Assembly (NCBI GenBank): GCA_050331115.1
Contig: JBHJHD010000019.1
Span: forward strand, 67,390-131,389
Length of the DNA: 64,000 nt
Reading direction: 5' to 3'
DNA from: Elainellaceae cyanobacterium
GTDB lineage: Bacteria; Cyanobacteriota; Cyanobacteriia; CAKZMO01
The notes beneath the pieces are model-generated. The model had not been told where the DNA came from, ran no database searches, and saw only the letters and a program-made list of their open reading frames with translations. Both the position numbers and the translations under genes were made by a program. Positions within the stretch are counted from its first letter, which is position 1, and each line of letters begins with the position of its first letter. This document shows positions 37,234-45,926 of this stretch, piece after piece.

Positions 37234-37704
37234 GTGTGCCCGATGATGCAATTACACTATCAACGCTCTACTTTGATTAACGCGCCAGTTGATGTCGTCT
37301 GGCAGTTTCACGAGCGGCCCGATATTCTCGACATTTTGACGCCGCCTTGGCAGCCGGTGGAAATTAAGCGGCGGGAGGGCGGCTTAGGCGTCGGTGCCGA
37401 AACCGAGTTTAGAATCTGGCTAGGCCCGCTGCCGGTGCGCTGGGTGGCCCGCCACACCGCCTGCGAGCCCCATCGGCTATTCATCGATGAGCAGGTCGAG
37501 GGGCCGCTAGAGCGCTGGGTACACCGCCATCAGTTTGACGCCGAGAATGGCGGCACGCGCCTCACCGATGCGATCGCCTTTGCCCTACCGGGGCAGTCCG
37601 TCTCGGCCTGGGTCATTGGGGATTTTGTGAAAGCTCGGCTGGAAGATATGTTTCGCTACCGGCATCGGATTACGCAGCAGGAGTGCGAGCGCTGGGCCAC
37701 CTAG
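37234..37704 (+). CDS. SRPBCC-superfamily (cyclase/dehydrase-like) protein
   Basis: ~150-aa size. INAPVDVVWQFHERPD start, typical of SRPBCC ligand-binding proteins. Start could be one of the ATGs at 37243-37248. Confidence 0.6.
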   Translation: MCPMMQLHYQRSTLINAPVDVVWQFHERPDILDILTPPWQPVEIKRREGGLGVGAETEFRIWLGPLPVRWVARHTACEPHRLFIDEQVEGPLERWVHRHQFDAENGGTRLTDAIAFALPGQSVSAWVIGDFVKARLEDMFRYRHRITQQECERWAT

Positions 37705-37757
37705 ATTTACTGCTAAGTTTACTCAAACCCTGCGCTCTTTTTTTCCCAGCGATCCGA

Positions 37758-38555
37758 TTAGCGGTCCGAAGATTCTAGCAGCGGCAGAGTGAGCAAAAAG
37801 CCTGCGCCAAAGCAGCTCAGCATAACCGCAATCACCGCGAGCACCATCCACAGATTAAACTTGCGCCGGGGCGGCTGAGCCGCAGGCGCGAGCGGGCTGG
37901 CCACCACAGTCGAGCGGAGGCCAGCCTGGGGCTTTGGCGTCGGAAAATCAAGCCGAGGCGCGGGCGCGGCGCTGGTCCGGCGACGCACGCCGACATGGCT
38001 GAGGGCGGCCTTCAGGCTTTCGTCATCGTCTTGCGTGGTCGCCGGTGCGGGCGAATCTGCCAGTAGGCGATCGAGCTCGGCAAACATATCCTCTGCGTCG
38101 GCCTCATTGGTATTACCCTCAGATTCGGTATTACCCTCAGATTCGGTATTAGCTTCAGATCCGTCTGGCTCAGTCGTCTCTAGAGTAGGGCCTGGGGCCG
38201 TAGTGGATTGAGCCGGCGGTGCCGCTTCACCCTCGGGGGAGGGGGCACCAGCGCCCCGATTGCTGTTGCCCTCATCGCCCAGTCCGTTAGCGCCTGGGGA
38301 AGACTTGCGAGGCGTCGGCTGCTCGGAATAGACGATGTGGTGCAAATTCAGAGCGCTCGCCATGATGCGCTCAATTTCAACCCGGAGCCGCTGGTTCTGC
38401 TCGACGAGCTGCCGATTCTGCCGGTTCACCGATTTAAGCTGCTGCTGGGCGGACTGCAGTTCTGCAGCTAGCGTCTGGTGATCTGAGGCAGAGGCCGGCG
38501 AGGCTGCTGGCTGTGGTTGTCGGTGGGTGGTCGGTTGATTCACGTTAGCCCCCAT
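37758..38555 (-). CDS. hypothetical tail-anchored coiled-coil protein
   Basis: Q/R-rich heptad-like N-terminal segment, low-complexity P/A/E region with an 18-nt x3 repeat (NTESEG), and a C-terminal TM helix (FNLWMVLAVIAVMLSCFGAGFLL). Confidence 0.5.
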   Translation of the reverse strand: MGANVNQPTTHRQPQPAASPASASDHQTLAAELQSAQQQLKSVNRQNRQLVEQNQRLRVEIERIMASALNLHHIVYSEQPTPRKSSPGANGLGDEGNSNRGAGAPSPEGEAAPPAQSTTAPGPTLETTEPDGSEANTESEGNTESEGNTNEADAEDMFAELDRLLADSPAPATTQDDDESLKAALSHVGVRRRTSAAPAPRLDFPTPKPQAGLRSTVVASPLAPAAQPPRRKFNLWMVLAVIAVMLSCFGAGFLLTLPLLESSDR

Positions 38556-38766
38556 GCTGACCGCAATGCTGTTTACTTGTCACGTTATTGACATATTCCA
38601 GCGACATGCGCACGCTAGAATCTAAGCCCCAGCATAGTTCAAACCTGCTCATTCGTCTTTGCTTACCAGCTCTATTTGTCAAAAAAAGATAGCAATCGGG
38701 CAGCGGCATGCGGCGAATCGGCCTGCCTAGTCCTGTAGAAGAAGCGTCATTGGAAGAAGCGTCATT

Positions 38767-40578
38767 ATGCCTTTTGCATTTAGATCTCGAAAGCTAAATA
38801 GATCCCGAAAGCTGAAGTCAATCCTCTACCGATGCTTCTGCGCCGCGCTTGGCTTGGCTTTAGCGATCGCCACCAGCAGCTGTCAGCTCAACTGGTACCA
38901 GACCCAGGCGGCCCAAATTCCCCGCCTTGTGATCAGCGAAATCAGCGATCCCAAAACGTTTAACCCTGTGATGAGCCAAGAGGTCACCTCAGTCTTCGGG
39001 CTGCTCTACGAAGGTCTGATGCAGGAGAACGGCATCACCGGCGAGCTAGAGCTAGCCCTAGCCGAGTCCCTCGATATTTCTGAAGACCAAAAGCGGATTG
39101 TATTTACCCTGCGGGACGGACTTCTGTGGTCAGACGGCGAACCGTTTACCGTCGACGATATCTTGTTTACCTACAACGACATTTACTTCAACCCCAGCAT
39201 CCCCAGCGGCGAGAGCGATATTCTGCGAATTGGGGAGGAGGGTCTATTCCCCACCGTCAATAAGCTCGACGAGCGCCGAGTGGAGTTTGTGGTGCCAGAG
39301 CCCTTTGCGCCGTTCTTGCGCTACGCCGGCGGCATCACCATTCTGCCAGAGCATATCCTGGGGCCCACGGTCAACGAAATGGATATGGACGGCAACCCCA
39401 GGTTTTTGTCCGTCTGGGGAACGGATACCGACCCGGCCAGCATCATCGGCAACGGCCCCTACCGGATGCTGAGCTATTCTCCTGGACAGCGCGTTATCTT
39501 TGAGCGCAACCCCCACTACTGGAAAAATACGGCGGATAGCCCGCAGCCGTTCATCGAGCGCTTCGTGCTGCAGATTGTCGAATCCACCGACGCCTCGCTG
39601 CTGCAGTTTCGCTCCGGCGGACTAGACGTGATTGCCGTTCCGCCTGAGAATTTTGCCCTGCTTAAGCGGGAGGAAGATCGCGGCGGCTTTCAAATCTATG
39701 AGGATGGTCCCCGCCCCGGCACCAATTTTATTTCCTTCAACCTCAACCAGGGCAGCCGCGAGGGTAAGCCGCTGGTCGACCCAATTAAGTCAGCCTGGTT
39801 CACCAACCCCGACTTCCGCCGCGCGATCGCCTACGCCATCGACCGCGATACCATGATCAACAATATCTTTCAGGGTTTGGGAGAGCCCCAAACCTCGCCC
39901 ATATCGGTGCAAAGCCCCTACTACCTGCCGCCCGGCGACGGGCTAGAGACCTACGACTACAGCGTCGAGACCGCTAAAGCGCTGCTGACTGACGCCGGGT
40001 TTGAGTACGACGCGGAGGGCAAGCTGCAGGACGGGGAGGGCCACCCGGTGCGGTTTACCCTAATCACCAACGCGGGCAACAAAATTCGCGAGGCGATCGG
40101 GGCCCAGGTTAAGCGAGATCTGCTGGACATCGGCATTCAGGTCGACTTTCAGCCCATCGCGTTCAACACTTTGGTGGACAAGCTTTCCAACACGCTGGAT
40201 TGGGACTGCTTTATTCTGGGGCTGTCCGGCGGCGTCGAGCCCAACAGCGGCGCTAATGTCTGGCGCACCGACGGCACTCTGCACACCTTCAACCAGTCCG
40301 CCCTGCCGGGGCAGCCCCCCATCGACGGATGGACGGTGTATGACTGGGAGGCCGAGATTAGCAATCTCTATATTCAAGCGGCTCAAGAGCTCGACGAGGA
40401 GAAGCGAAAGGCCCTGTACGCTGAGACTCAGCGGCTCACCCAGGCATACTTGCCCTACATTTACCTGGTCAACCCGCTGTCCTTAGGGGCGGTGCGCAAT
40501 CGACTCGAGAACGTCCAATACTCTGCCCTGGGCGGGGCGCTTTGGAACGTAGAAGCGTTGAGGCTGAGCGAGCAATAG
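38767..40578 (+). CDS. ABC transporter substrate-binding protein, family 5 (peptide/nickel type)
   Basis: 603 aa. Lipoprotein-like signal (AIATSSC). SBP_bac_5-like blocks (FTLRDGLLWSDGEPFTVDD, GNGPYRM, FERNPHYW). Confidence 0.85.
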   Translation: MPFAFRSRKLNRSRKLKSILYRCFCAALGLALAIATSSCQLNWYQTQAAQIPRLVISEISDPKTFNPVMSQEVTSVFGLLYEGLMQENGITGELELALAESLDISEDQKRIVFTLRDGLLWSDGEPFTVDDILFTYNDIYFNPSIPSGESDILRIGEEGLFPTVNKLDERRVEFVVPEPFAPFLRYAGGITILPEHILGPTVNEMDMDGNPRFLSVWGTDTDPASIIGNGPYRMLSYSPGQRVIFERNPHYWKNTADSPQPFIERFVLQIVESTDASLLQFRSGGLDVIAVPPENFALLKREEDRGGFQIYEDGPRPGTNFISFNLNQGSREGKPLVDPIKSAWFTNPDFRRAIAYAIDRDTMINNIFQGLGEPQTSPISVQSPYYLPPGDGLETYDYSVETAKALLTDAGFEYDAEGKLQDGEGHPVRFTLITNAGNKIREAIGAQVKRDLLDIGIQVDFQPIAFNTLVDKLSNTLDWDCFILGLSGGVEPNSGANVWRTDGTLHTFNQSALPGQPPIDGWTVYDWEAEISNLYIQAAQELDEEKRKALYAETQRLTQAYLPYIYLVNPLSLGAVRNRLENVQYSALGGALWNVEALRLSEQ

Positions 40579-40623
40579 CGTTTTGCTCTACCCTGGAAGT
40601 GACGCATATAGGATAGGTAGGTT

Positions 40624-41403
40624 TTGCAGCCCGATCAGCTCCAGGCACTCCTGTACAGCGTGGCCCAGGGACAGGTCTCCCCTGAGCACGCCCTGGCCAA
40701 GCTCAAATACTTTGACGTAGAGCCCGTGGGAGACTTTGCCCAGGTCGACCACCACCGCGTGCTGCGCACCGGTTTCCCTGAGGTGGTGTGGGGGCCGGGC
40801 AAGACGCCAGAGCAAATCGTGAAAATCATGCGATCGCTCTCAGACCAGCATCCGGTCGTGATGGCGACCCGCATTGAGCCCGAGGTGTACGCGCAGCTCT
40901 CTCCCCACCTGCCGGACCTGCGCTACTACCCCAGCGCTCGCATCTGCGCTATTGCGCCTGAGGCCGCCCCGCCCCGCTACCCCGGCACCGTTACCCTAAT
41001 TTCTGCCGGCACCTCGGATCTGCCCGTCGCCGAGGAGGCCGCCGTCACCGCTGAGCTGTGCGGTTTCGCCACCCAGCGGCTGTGGGATGTGGGGGTGTCG
41101 GGCATTCACCGGCTGCTCGCCCACCGCCACCTCATCCACGAGGCGGACGTGCTGATTGTCGTGGCGGGCATGGAGGGAGCGCTGCCCAGCGTGGTGACCG
41201 GACTAGCGGCTTGCCCCGTGGTCGCCGTACCCACCAGCGTGGGCTACGGCACCCAGTTCAGCGGCCTGACGCCCTTGCTGACCATGCTCAACTCCAGCGC
41301 GACGGGGTTAGGGGTGGTGAATATTGACAATGGCTTTGGGGCGGCGATGCTAGCGGCGAAGATTTTGCGCACCGCCGAGCGATTAGCGCCAGGGACGTCT
41401 TAA
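40624..41403 (+). CDS. larB: nickel-pincer cofactor biosynthesis protein LarB (PurE-like carboxylase/hydrolase)
   Basis: DHHRVLRTGFPEVVWGPGKTPEQI followed by a PurE-like AIR-carboxylase fold (ISAGTSDLPVAEEA, VVAGMEGALPSVV). TTG start. Confidence 0.8.
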   Translation: MQPDQLQALLYSVAQGQVSPEHALAKLKYFDVEPVGDFAQVDHHRVLRTGFPEVVWGPGKTPEQIVKIMRSLSDQHPVVMATRIEPEVYAQLSPHLPDLRYYPSARICAIAPEAAPPRYPGTVTLISAGTSDLPVAEEAAVTAELCGFATQRLWDVGVSGIHRLLAHRHLIHEADVLIVVAGMEGALPSVVTGLAACPVVAVPTSVGYGTQFSGLTPLLTMLNSSATGLGVVNIDNGFGAAMLAAKILRTAERLAPGTS

Positions 41404-41411
41404 GTACCGCC

Positions 41412-42401
41412 ATGCTCAACGTTACTGAGGTGCTTAACTTCATCAGGGGCTTCAGCATCGCTGGGGTCGCCAGCCGCCTCGACACCCTCCTCAATCCCTT
41501 CGAGCGCTACACCATCCCCCTTGACGACTGGATAAGCGCCGCCGTCGACGTCCTCGTGAACAATTTCCGCCCCCTGTTTCAGGCCATCAGCGTTCCCATC
41601 GGCTGGATACTGGAGGCGATTCAGTCGGGGCTGCTGGCGGTGCCGCCGCTGGTGCTGCTGGTGCTGCTGGGTTTAGTGGCCTGGCAGCTTGCAGGCTGGC
41701 GCGTCGGGGTAGGCTGTCTACTAGCGCTTACAGTGATTGGGTTTGTCGGGGCTTGGGAGCAGGCGCTGGTGTCGCTTTCCCTGGTGCTCACCGCCCTCAT
41801 CTTTTGCGTCCTGGTCGGCATTCCCCTAGGCGTAGCCTGCGCCAGCAGCGATCGCGTTGAAGCGCTGGCCCGGCCCCTGCTCGACACCATGCAGACCGTA
41901 CCCACCTTTGTATACCTGGTGCCGGTGGTGATGCTGTTCGGCATCGGCGACGTGCCGGGGGTGATTGCCACCATTACCTACGCCCTGCCGCCCCTGATTC
42001 GCCTCACCAACTTGGGCATCCGGCAGGTGCCAGAGGACGTGGTAGAGGCAGCGATCGCCTTTGGTTCTACCCCCCGGCAGGTGCTTTGGGAGGCGCAGCT
42101 CCCCTTGGCAATGCCCACCATCCTGACTGGGATAAACCAGACGGTGCTGTTTGCCCTAGGCATGTCGGTGATTACGGCTATGATTGCCGTGCCTGGGCTG
42201 GGGCTGATGGTGATGCAGGGGGTGGGACGCTTGGATGTCGGTCTGGCGGCGGTGGGGGGCTTGGGCATTGTGGCCCTGGCCATTATCCTAGACCGCATTA
42301 CCCAGGCGATCGGGACAAGTCGCCCGGGCTCCTGGCGACAGCGCGGGCCAGTGGGACTTATCTGGACCCTGTTTGATGCTTCGTTCACCAAGGTGTCTTA
42401 A
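41412..42401 (+). CDS. glycine betaine/proline-type ABC transporter permease (ProW/OpuAB-like)
   Basis: N-terminal IPLDDWISAAVDVLVNNFRPLF segment and an EAA-like loop (VPEDVVEAAIAFGSTPRQVLWEAQLPLAMP). Confidence 0.8.
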   Translation: MLNVTEVLNFIRGFSIAGVASRLDTLLNPFERYTIPLDDWISAAVDVLVNNFRPLFQAISVPIGWILEAIQSGLLAVPPLVLLVLLGLVAWQLAGWRVGVGCLLALTVIGFVGAWEQALVSLSLVLTALIFCVLVGIPLGVACASSDRVEALARPLLDTMQTVPTFVYLVPVVMLFGIGDVPGVIATITYALPPLIRLTNLGIRQVPEDVVEAAIAFGSTPRQVLWEAQLPLAMPTILTGINQTVLFALGMSVITAMIAVPGLGLMVMQGVGRLDVGLAAVGGLGIVALAIILDRITQAIGTSRPGSWRQRGPVGLIWTLFDASFTKVS

Positions 42402-42443
42402 CCGCGATTTAAAGGCCGACAAGAGGCACTAGATCATGACGCT

Positions 42444-42917
42444 CTAGGACACCTTAATCAGCACGCGATCGCCGTCAATCTTAGCTTCGTAGGTCGGCAG
42501 CGGCTCCGACGCCGGCCCCTCAGTTACGCTGCCGTCAGGGGCAAACTTAGAGCCGTGGCAGGGGCAGGCGAACGCCTCGCCATCCCAGTCGACGGTGCAG
42601 CCCTGGTGGGTACAGAGGGTGTTCACCGCCATCACGCCCCCGGATGAACCCTGAACGACGGCCACCTGTTCGCCCTGGAAATTTTGGCTGGAAATGCTGC
42701 CCTCCTCTAGCTCGGAGACCGTACCGATTGCGGAGAAGCCTGCCGCGTCTGGGGTAGACTCTAGCTCTGCAGAAGCCGTGCCGCCCGCTGCAGATGGAGT
42801 ATCAGACGATGCGGTGCCAGACGATGCGGTATCAGACTTGCAGGCGGCGATCGCGACGGGCAGCGAGCTTGCCAAGAGACCAAAGCCGATCCAGTTTACA
42901 AATTCACGTCGTTTCAT
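42444..42917 (-). CDS. small Rieske [2Fe-2S] protein with Tat/lipoprotein-type signal (PetC3-like)
   Basis: RREF twin-Arg-like N-terminus with an AIAAC lipobox. Rieske boxes CTHQGC and CPCHGS. Confidence 0.85.
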   Translation of the reverse strand: MKRREFVNWIGFGLLASSLPVAIAACKSDTASSGTASSDTPSAAGGTASAELESTPDAAGFSAIGTVSELEEGSISSQNFQGEQVAVVQGSSGGVMAVNTLCTHQGCTVDWDGEAFACPCHGSKFAPDGSVTEGPASEPLPTYEAKIDGDRVLIKVS

Positions 42918-43064
42918 AGCTGTTTCCTTTCTGGAAAATTAGGGCTGCTGGCATGGCACATCAGGTCTTAAGCCAAAAGCTTCGCTCTAAACGATAGGGC
43001 CAACGCTCTCGGATTACAAGCAGTCTTATGCAAACAGCGTGAGTCTAGGCGGCATTATCCTAAG

Positions 43065-43104
43065 CAGAATCCATGGTGTCTGACTTTTGACACCGTGGAT
43101 TCTG
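43065..43104. repeat. 16-bp inverted repeat (15/16 matches) with 8-nt loop between pirin stop and Rieske start
   Basis: CAGAATCCATGGTGTC-TGACTTTT-GACACCGTGGATTCTG. Confidence 0.8.
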
Positions 43105-43143
43105 CAGGGTTAGAGGCGAGACTTTTGGCCTATTTCCGCTACC

Positions 43144-43869
43144 CTAGGCGGCTAGATCGAACAGCAGTAGCTCAGTATCTTTCGATGCGCCCGTCAGCTG
43201 CATCCGGGACGCTGATGACACCGCCACGCCGTCGCCGGCCGCAAGCCGCTGCGCCTCTTGCCCGTCCAGATCGCTGCTGAGGGCCACAGCGCCCTTAACC
43301 ACTTGAATCCAGGCGGCTCGCTCTGGCCTTAGGTCGTAGCTGACGCGATCGCCGTCCCCCAGCACGGCGGCAGAGAGAGAAACGTCCTGATGAATGGTCA
43401 CGGAGCCGTCCCGGCCCTCCGGCGAGCCTATGAGCCGGAGCTGTCCCTGCTTTTCTGCCTGGGGCACATACACCTGCTCGTAGCTCGGCGCTAGACCTTC
43501 GTGAGCGGGCTCGATCCAAATTTGCAGGAAATGTACACCCTCGGTTTTGGAGGGGTTAAATTCGCTGTGGCGAATGCCGGTTCCCGCAGACATGCGCTGC
43601 ACATCGCCGGGGCGAATGATAGAGCCGGTGCCGAGGCTGTCTTTGTGCTCAAGCTCTCCTTCTAGGACATAGGAAATAATTTCCATGTCCCTGTGGCCAT
43701 GGGTACCAAATCCCTGGCCTGGCTCAACGCGATCTTCGTTGATAACCCGCAGCGACGAGAATCCCATGTGGCGAGGGTCGTAATAGCTGCCAAAGGAAAA
43801 CGTGTGCCGACTATCGAGCCATCCGAAGTTGACCGCACCGCGTTCCTGGGCTGGACGAATCGTAAGCAT
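43144..43869 (-). CDS. pirin-family protein
   Basis: Bicupin. [23 protein letters not shown] metal-binding motif. Confidence 0.9.
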   Translation of the reverse strand: MLTIRPAQERGAVNFGWLDSRHTFSFGSYYDPRHMGFSSLRVINEDRVEPGQGFGTHGHRDMEIISYVLEGELEHKDSLGTGSIIRPGDVQRMSAGTGIRHSEFNPSKTEGVHFLQIWIEPAHEGLAPSYEQVYVPQAEKQGQLRLIGSPEGRDGSVTIHQDVSLSAAVLGDGDRVSYDLRPERAAWIQVVKGAVALSSDLDGQEAQRLAAGDGVAVSSASRMQLTGASKDTELLLFDLAA

Positions 43870-43958
43870 AATATCTCCCCCCTAGCTAAGGTTATTAGCT
43901 TTTTTAGGTCCTCAATGTCATTATGGATTGAATTTAAATAAAAGACAATATATGGTTT

Positions 43959-43977
43959 TAGACGCACACTGTATCTA
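43959..43977. promoter_or_regulatory. candidate LysR-type T-N11-A box in the pirin/lysR divergent spacer
   Basis: TAGA-N11-TCTA (TAGACGCACACTGTATCTA) lies 66 nt upstream of the LysR start. Confidence 0.3.
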
Positions 43978-44042
43978 TTTGATTGACAATTGAGCCAAGA
44001 TTGCCACAGCAGTACTGTGGATTAGCGAACGTGGATTAGCAC

Positions 44043-44933
44043 ATGGACAAATTTGAGGCACTGCGGGCCTTTACTCGCGTCGTTGAGCAAGGCAGCTTCG
44101 CGGCAGCGGCCCGCGAAATGGGGCAGTCTCGATCTAGCGTCAACAAGCTCGTGATTCAGCTCGAAAACCAGCTGGGGGCGCAGCTGCTGCAGCGGACTAC
44201 GCGCAAGGTCAGCCTGACGGCCACCGGACTGGCGTTCTACGAACGGTGCCTGGGAATCTTGGCAGACCTGGAAGAAGCGGAGCTAGCGGTGATGCAGCTG
44301 CACGATGAGCCCCGGGGCGACCTGCGCATCAATGCGCCCATGTCTTTCGGGCAGCTGCACGTAGGGCCGGCGATCGCCGACTTCATGGCCCAGTATCCCC
44401 AGCTCTGCGTTCAGCTCACCCTGGAGGATCGGTTTGTAGACCCAATCGCTGAAGGGTTCGACGTTGTAATTCGGATCGCGGCCCCGCCCGAAAGCCCGAG
44501 CCTAGTGGTGCACGCGATCGCCCCCATGCCCCGCCTACTCTGTGCGGCTCCCGCCTACCTGCAGCAGCATGGGGTACCTGGGCATCCGAGGGAGCTGCGG
44601 CAGCATCGCTGCTTGCATTACGGCTATCTGGCCTCTGGCAAGGCCTGGCAGCTGACTGGCCCCGATGGTGAGCACCGCGTTCCCGTCCAGAGCGCCCTAT
44701 GCTCAAATAACGGTGAAGTGCTTCACCAGGCTGCCCTAAAGGGCTTGGGCATTGTGCTGCTGCCCAAATTCATCCTTAAATCAGAATCACAGGCCGGACG
44801 CCTGCAGCACATTCTGCCGGACTACGCGCCGCCGGAAGCCGCCCTCAGCATCATCTACCCGTCGAATCGGCACCTCTCGACCAAAGTCCGCCTTCTGCAA
44901 GACTTCCTGAGCGATCGCTTTCGTGATCTATAA
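44043..44933 (+). CDS. LysR-family transcriptional regulator
   Basis: N-terminal wHTH (FTRVVEQGSFAAAAREMGQSRSSVNKLVIQLENQLGAQLLQRTTRKVSLT) plus a LysR substrate-binding domain. Divergent from the pirin gene. Confidence 0.92.
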   Translation: MDKFEALRAFTRVVEQGSFAAAAREMGQSRSSVNKLVIQLENQLGAQLLQRTTRKVSLTATGLAFYERCLGILADLEEAELAVMQLHDEPRGDLRINAPMSFGQLHVGPAIADFMAQYPQLCVQLTLEDRFVDPIAEGFDVVIRIAAPPESPSLVVHAIAPMPRLLCAAPAYLQQHGVPGHPRELRQHRCLHYGYLASGKAWQLTGPDGEHRVPVQSALCSNNGEVLHQAALKGLGIVLLPKFILKSESQAGRLQHILPDYAPPEAALSIIYPSNRHLSTKVRLLQDFLSDRFRDL

Positions 44934-45029
44934 AGATTAGCTTTAATATCTATAGCGTCAGCTCACCTACCCCAGTTGATGTCCAGTCCTTTTCTATCGC
45001 TCGCCTTAAGGCATTTTTAGCAAACCCAC

Positions 45030-45815
45030 ATGGCCATTAAATTCAAAACGTCCCAATTACGCCCGGCCCTAATCCGCCTCAGCGCTGGCCTACTGATGGC
45101 GATCGCTTTATGCCTAGGTCCCCTCCCCGCCCTGGCAGACGCCGTTCCAGCCCAGCATGACGCCCAGCACGAGACCCAGTACGACTATGGTGCCCGCCGT
45201 CCCAGCGCTGACGGCACTGGCAAAGTCTACCTAGGCCGAGAAATCGCCCAGGTGATGGGGCATCGGGGTGCAGGCTGGCTAGAGCGCCCTAGCCGCGAGC
45301 AGCAGGAGCGCCCCAGTCTGCTCGTATCGCTTTTAGAGCTAGAAGAAGACATGGTGGTCGCCGACGTTGGGGCCGGCACCGGCTACTTCACCTTTCGCAT
45401 TGCGCCTCAGGTGCCCCAGGGTAAAGTGCTGGCGGTAGATATTCAGCCTGAGATGCTAGATATCGTTGAGTTTTTGCGGGAGGACGGGCAGGTCCCTAAC
45501 GTGGAGACCATCTTGGCCAGCGAAAGCGACCCCCACCTGCCTGAACAAATCGACCTGGTGCTGCTGGTAGACGCCTATCATGAATTCGCCTACCCCTATG
45601 AGGTGACAACGGCGATCGCCCAGGCGCTGCGTCCGGGGGGGCGGGTGGTGCTGGCGGAATATCGGGGCGAAAATCCGTTTATCCCTATCAAGCGGCACCA
45701 CAAGATGACGGAGCGGCAGGTGAAACGGGAGCTAGAGCGAGCGGGGCTGCAGTGGGTGAGCACCACCGAAGCGTTGCCGAACCAGCATCTGATCACCTTT
45801 GAAAAGCCGCTGTAG
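45030..45815 (+). CDS. class I SAM-dependent methyltransferase with N-terminal signal/anchor sequence
   Basis: Motif I VADVGAGTGYFT. Post-I acidic residue context LAVDIQ. N-terminal hydrophobic segment ending ALADA. Confidence 0.75.
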   Translation: MAIKFKTSQLRPALIRLSAGLLMAIALCLGPLPALADAVPAQHDAQHETQYDYGARRPSADGTGKVYLGREIAQVMGHRGAGWLERPSREQQERPSLLVSLLELEEDMVVADVGAGTGYFTFRIAPQVPQGKVLAVDIQPEMLDIVEFLREDGQVPNVETILASESDPHLPEQIDLVLLVDAYHEFAYPYEVTTAIAQALRPGGRVVLAEYRGENPFIPIKRHHKMTERQVKRELERAGLQWVSTTEALPNQHLITFEKPL

Positions 45816-45926
45816 CGCCAGGCGGTAGACCTGTCTGTCGATTGAGCAAGATACCGCTCAGTGCAGTGCATCCGCCCATAGCGCCATAATGCCAGCCTTA
45901 CAGCCGCCGAAAGTATAGCCCCGGAA

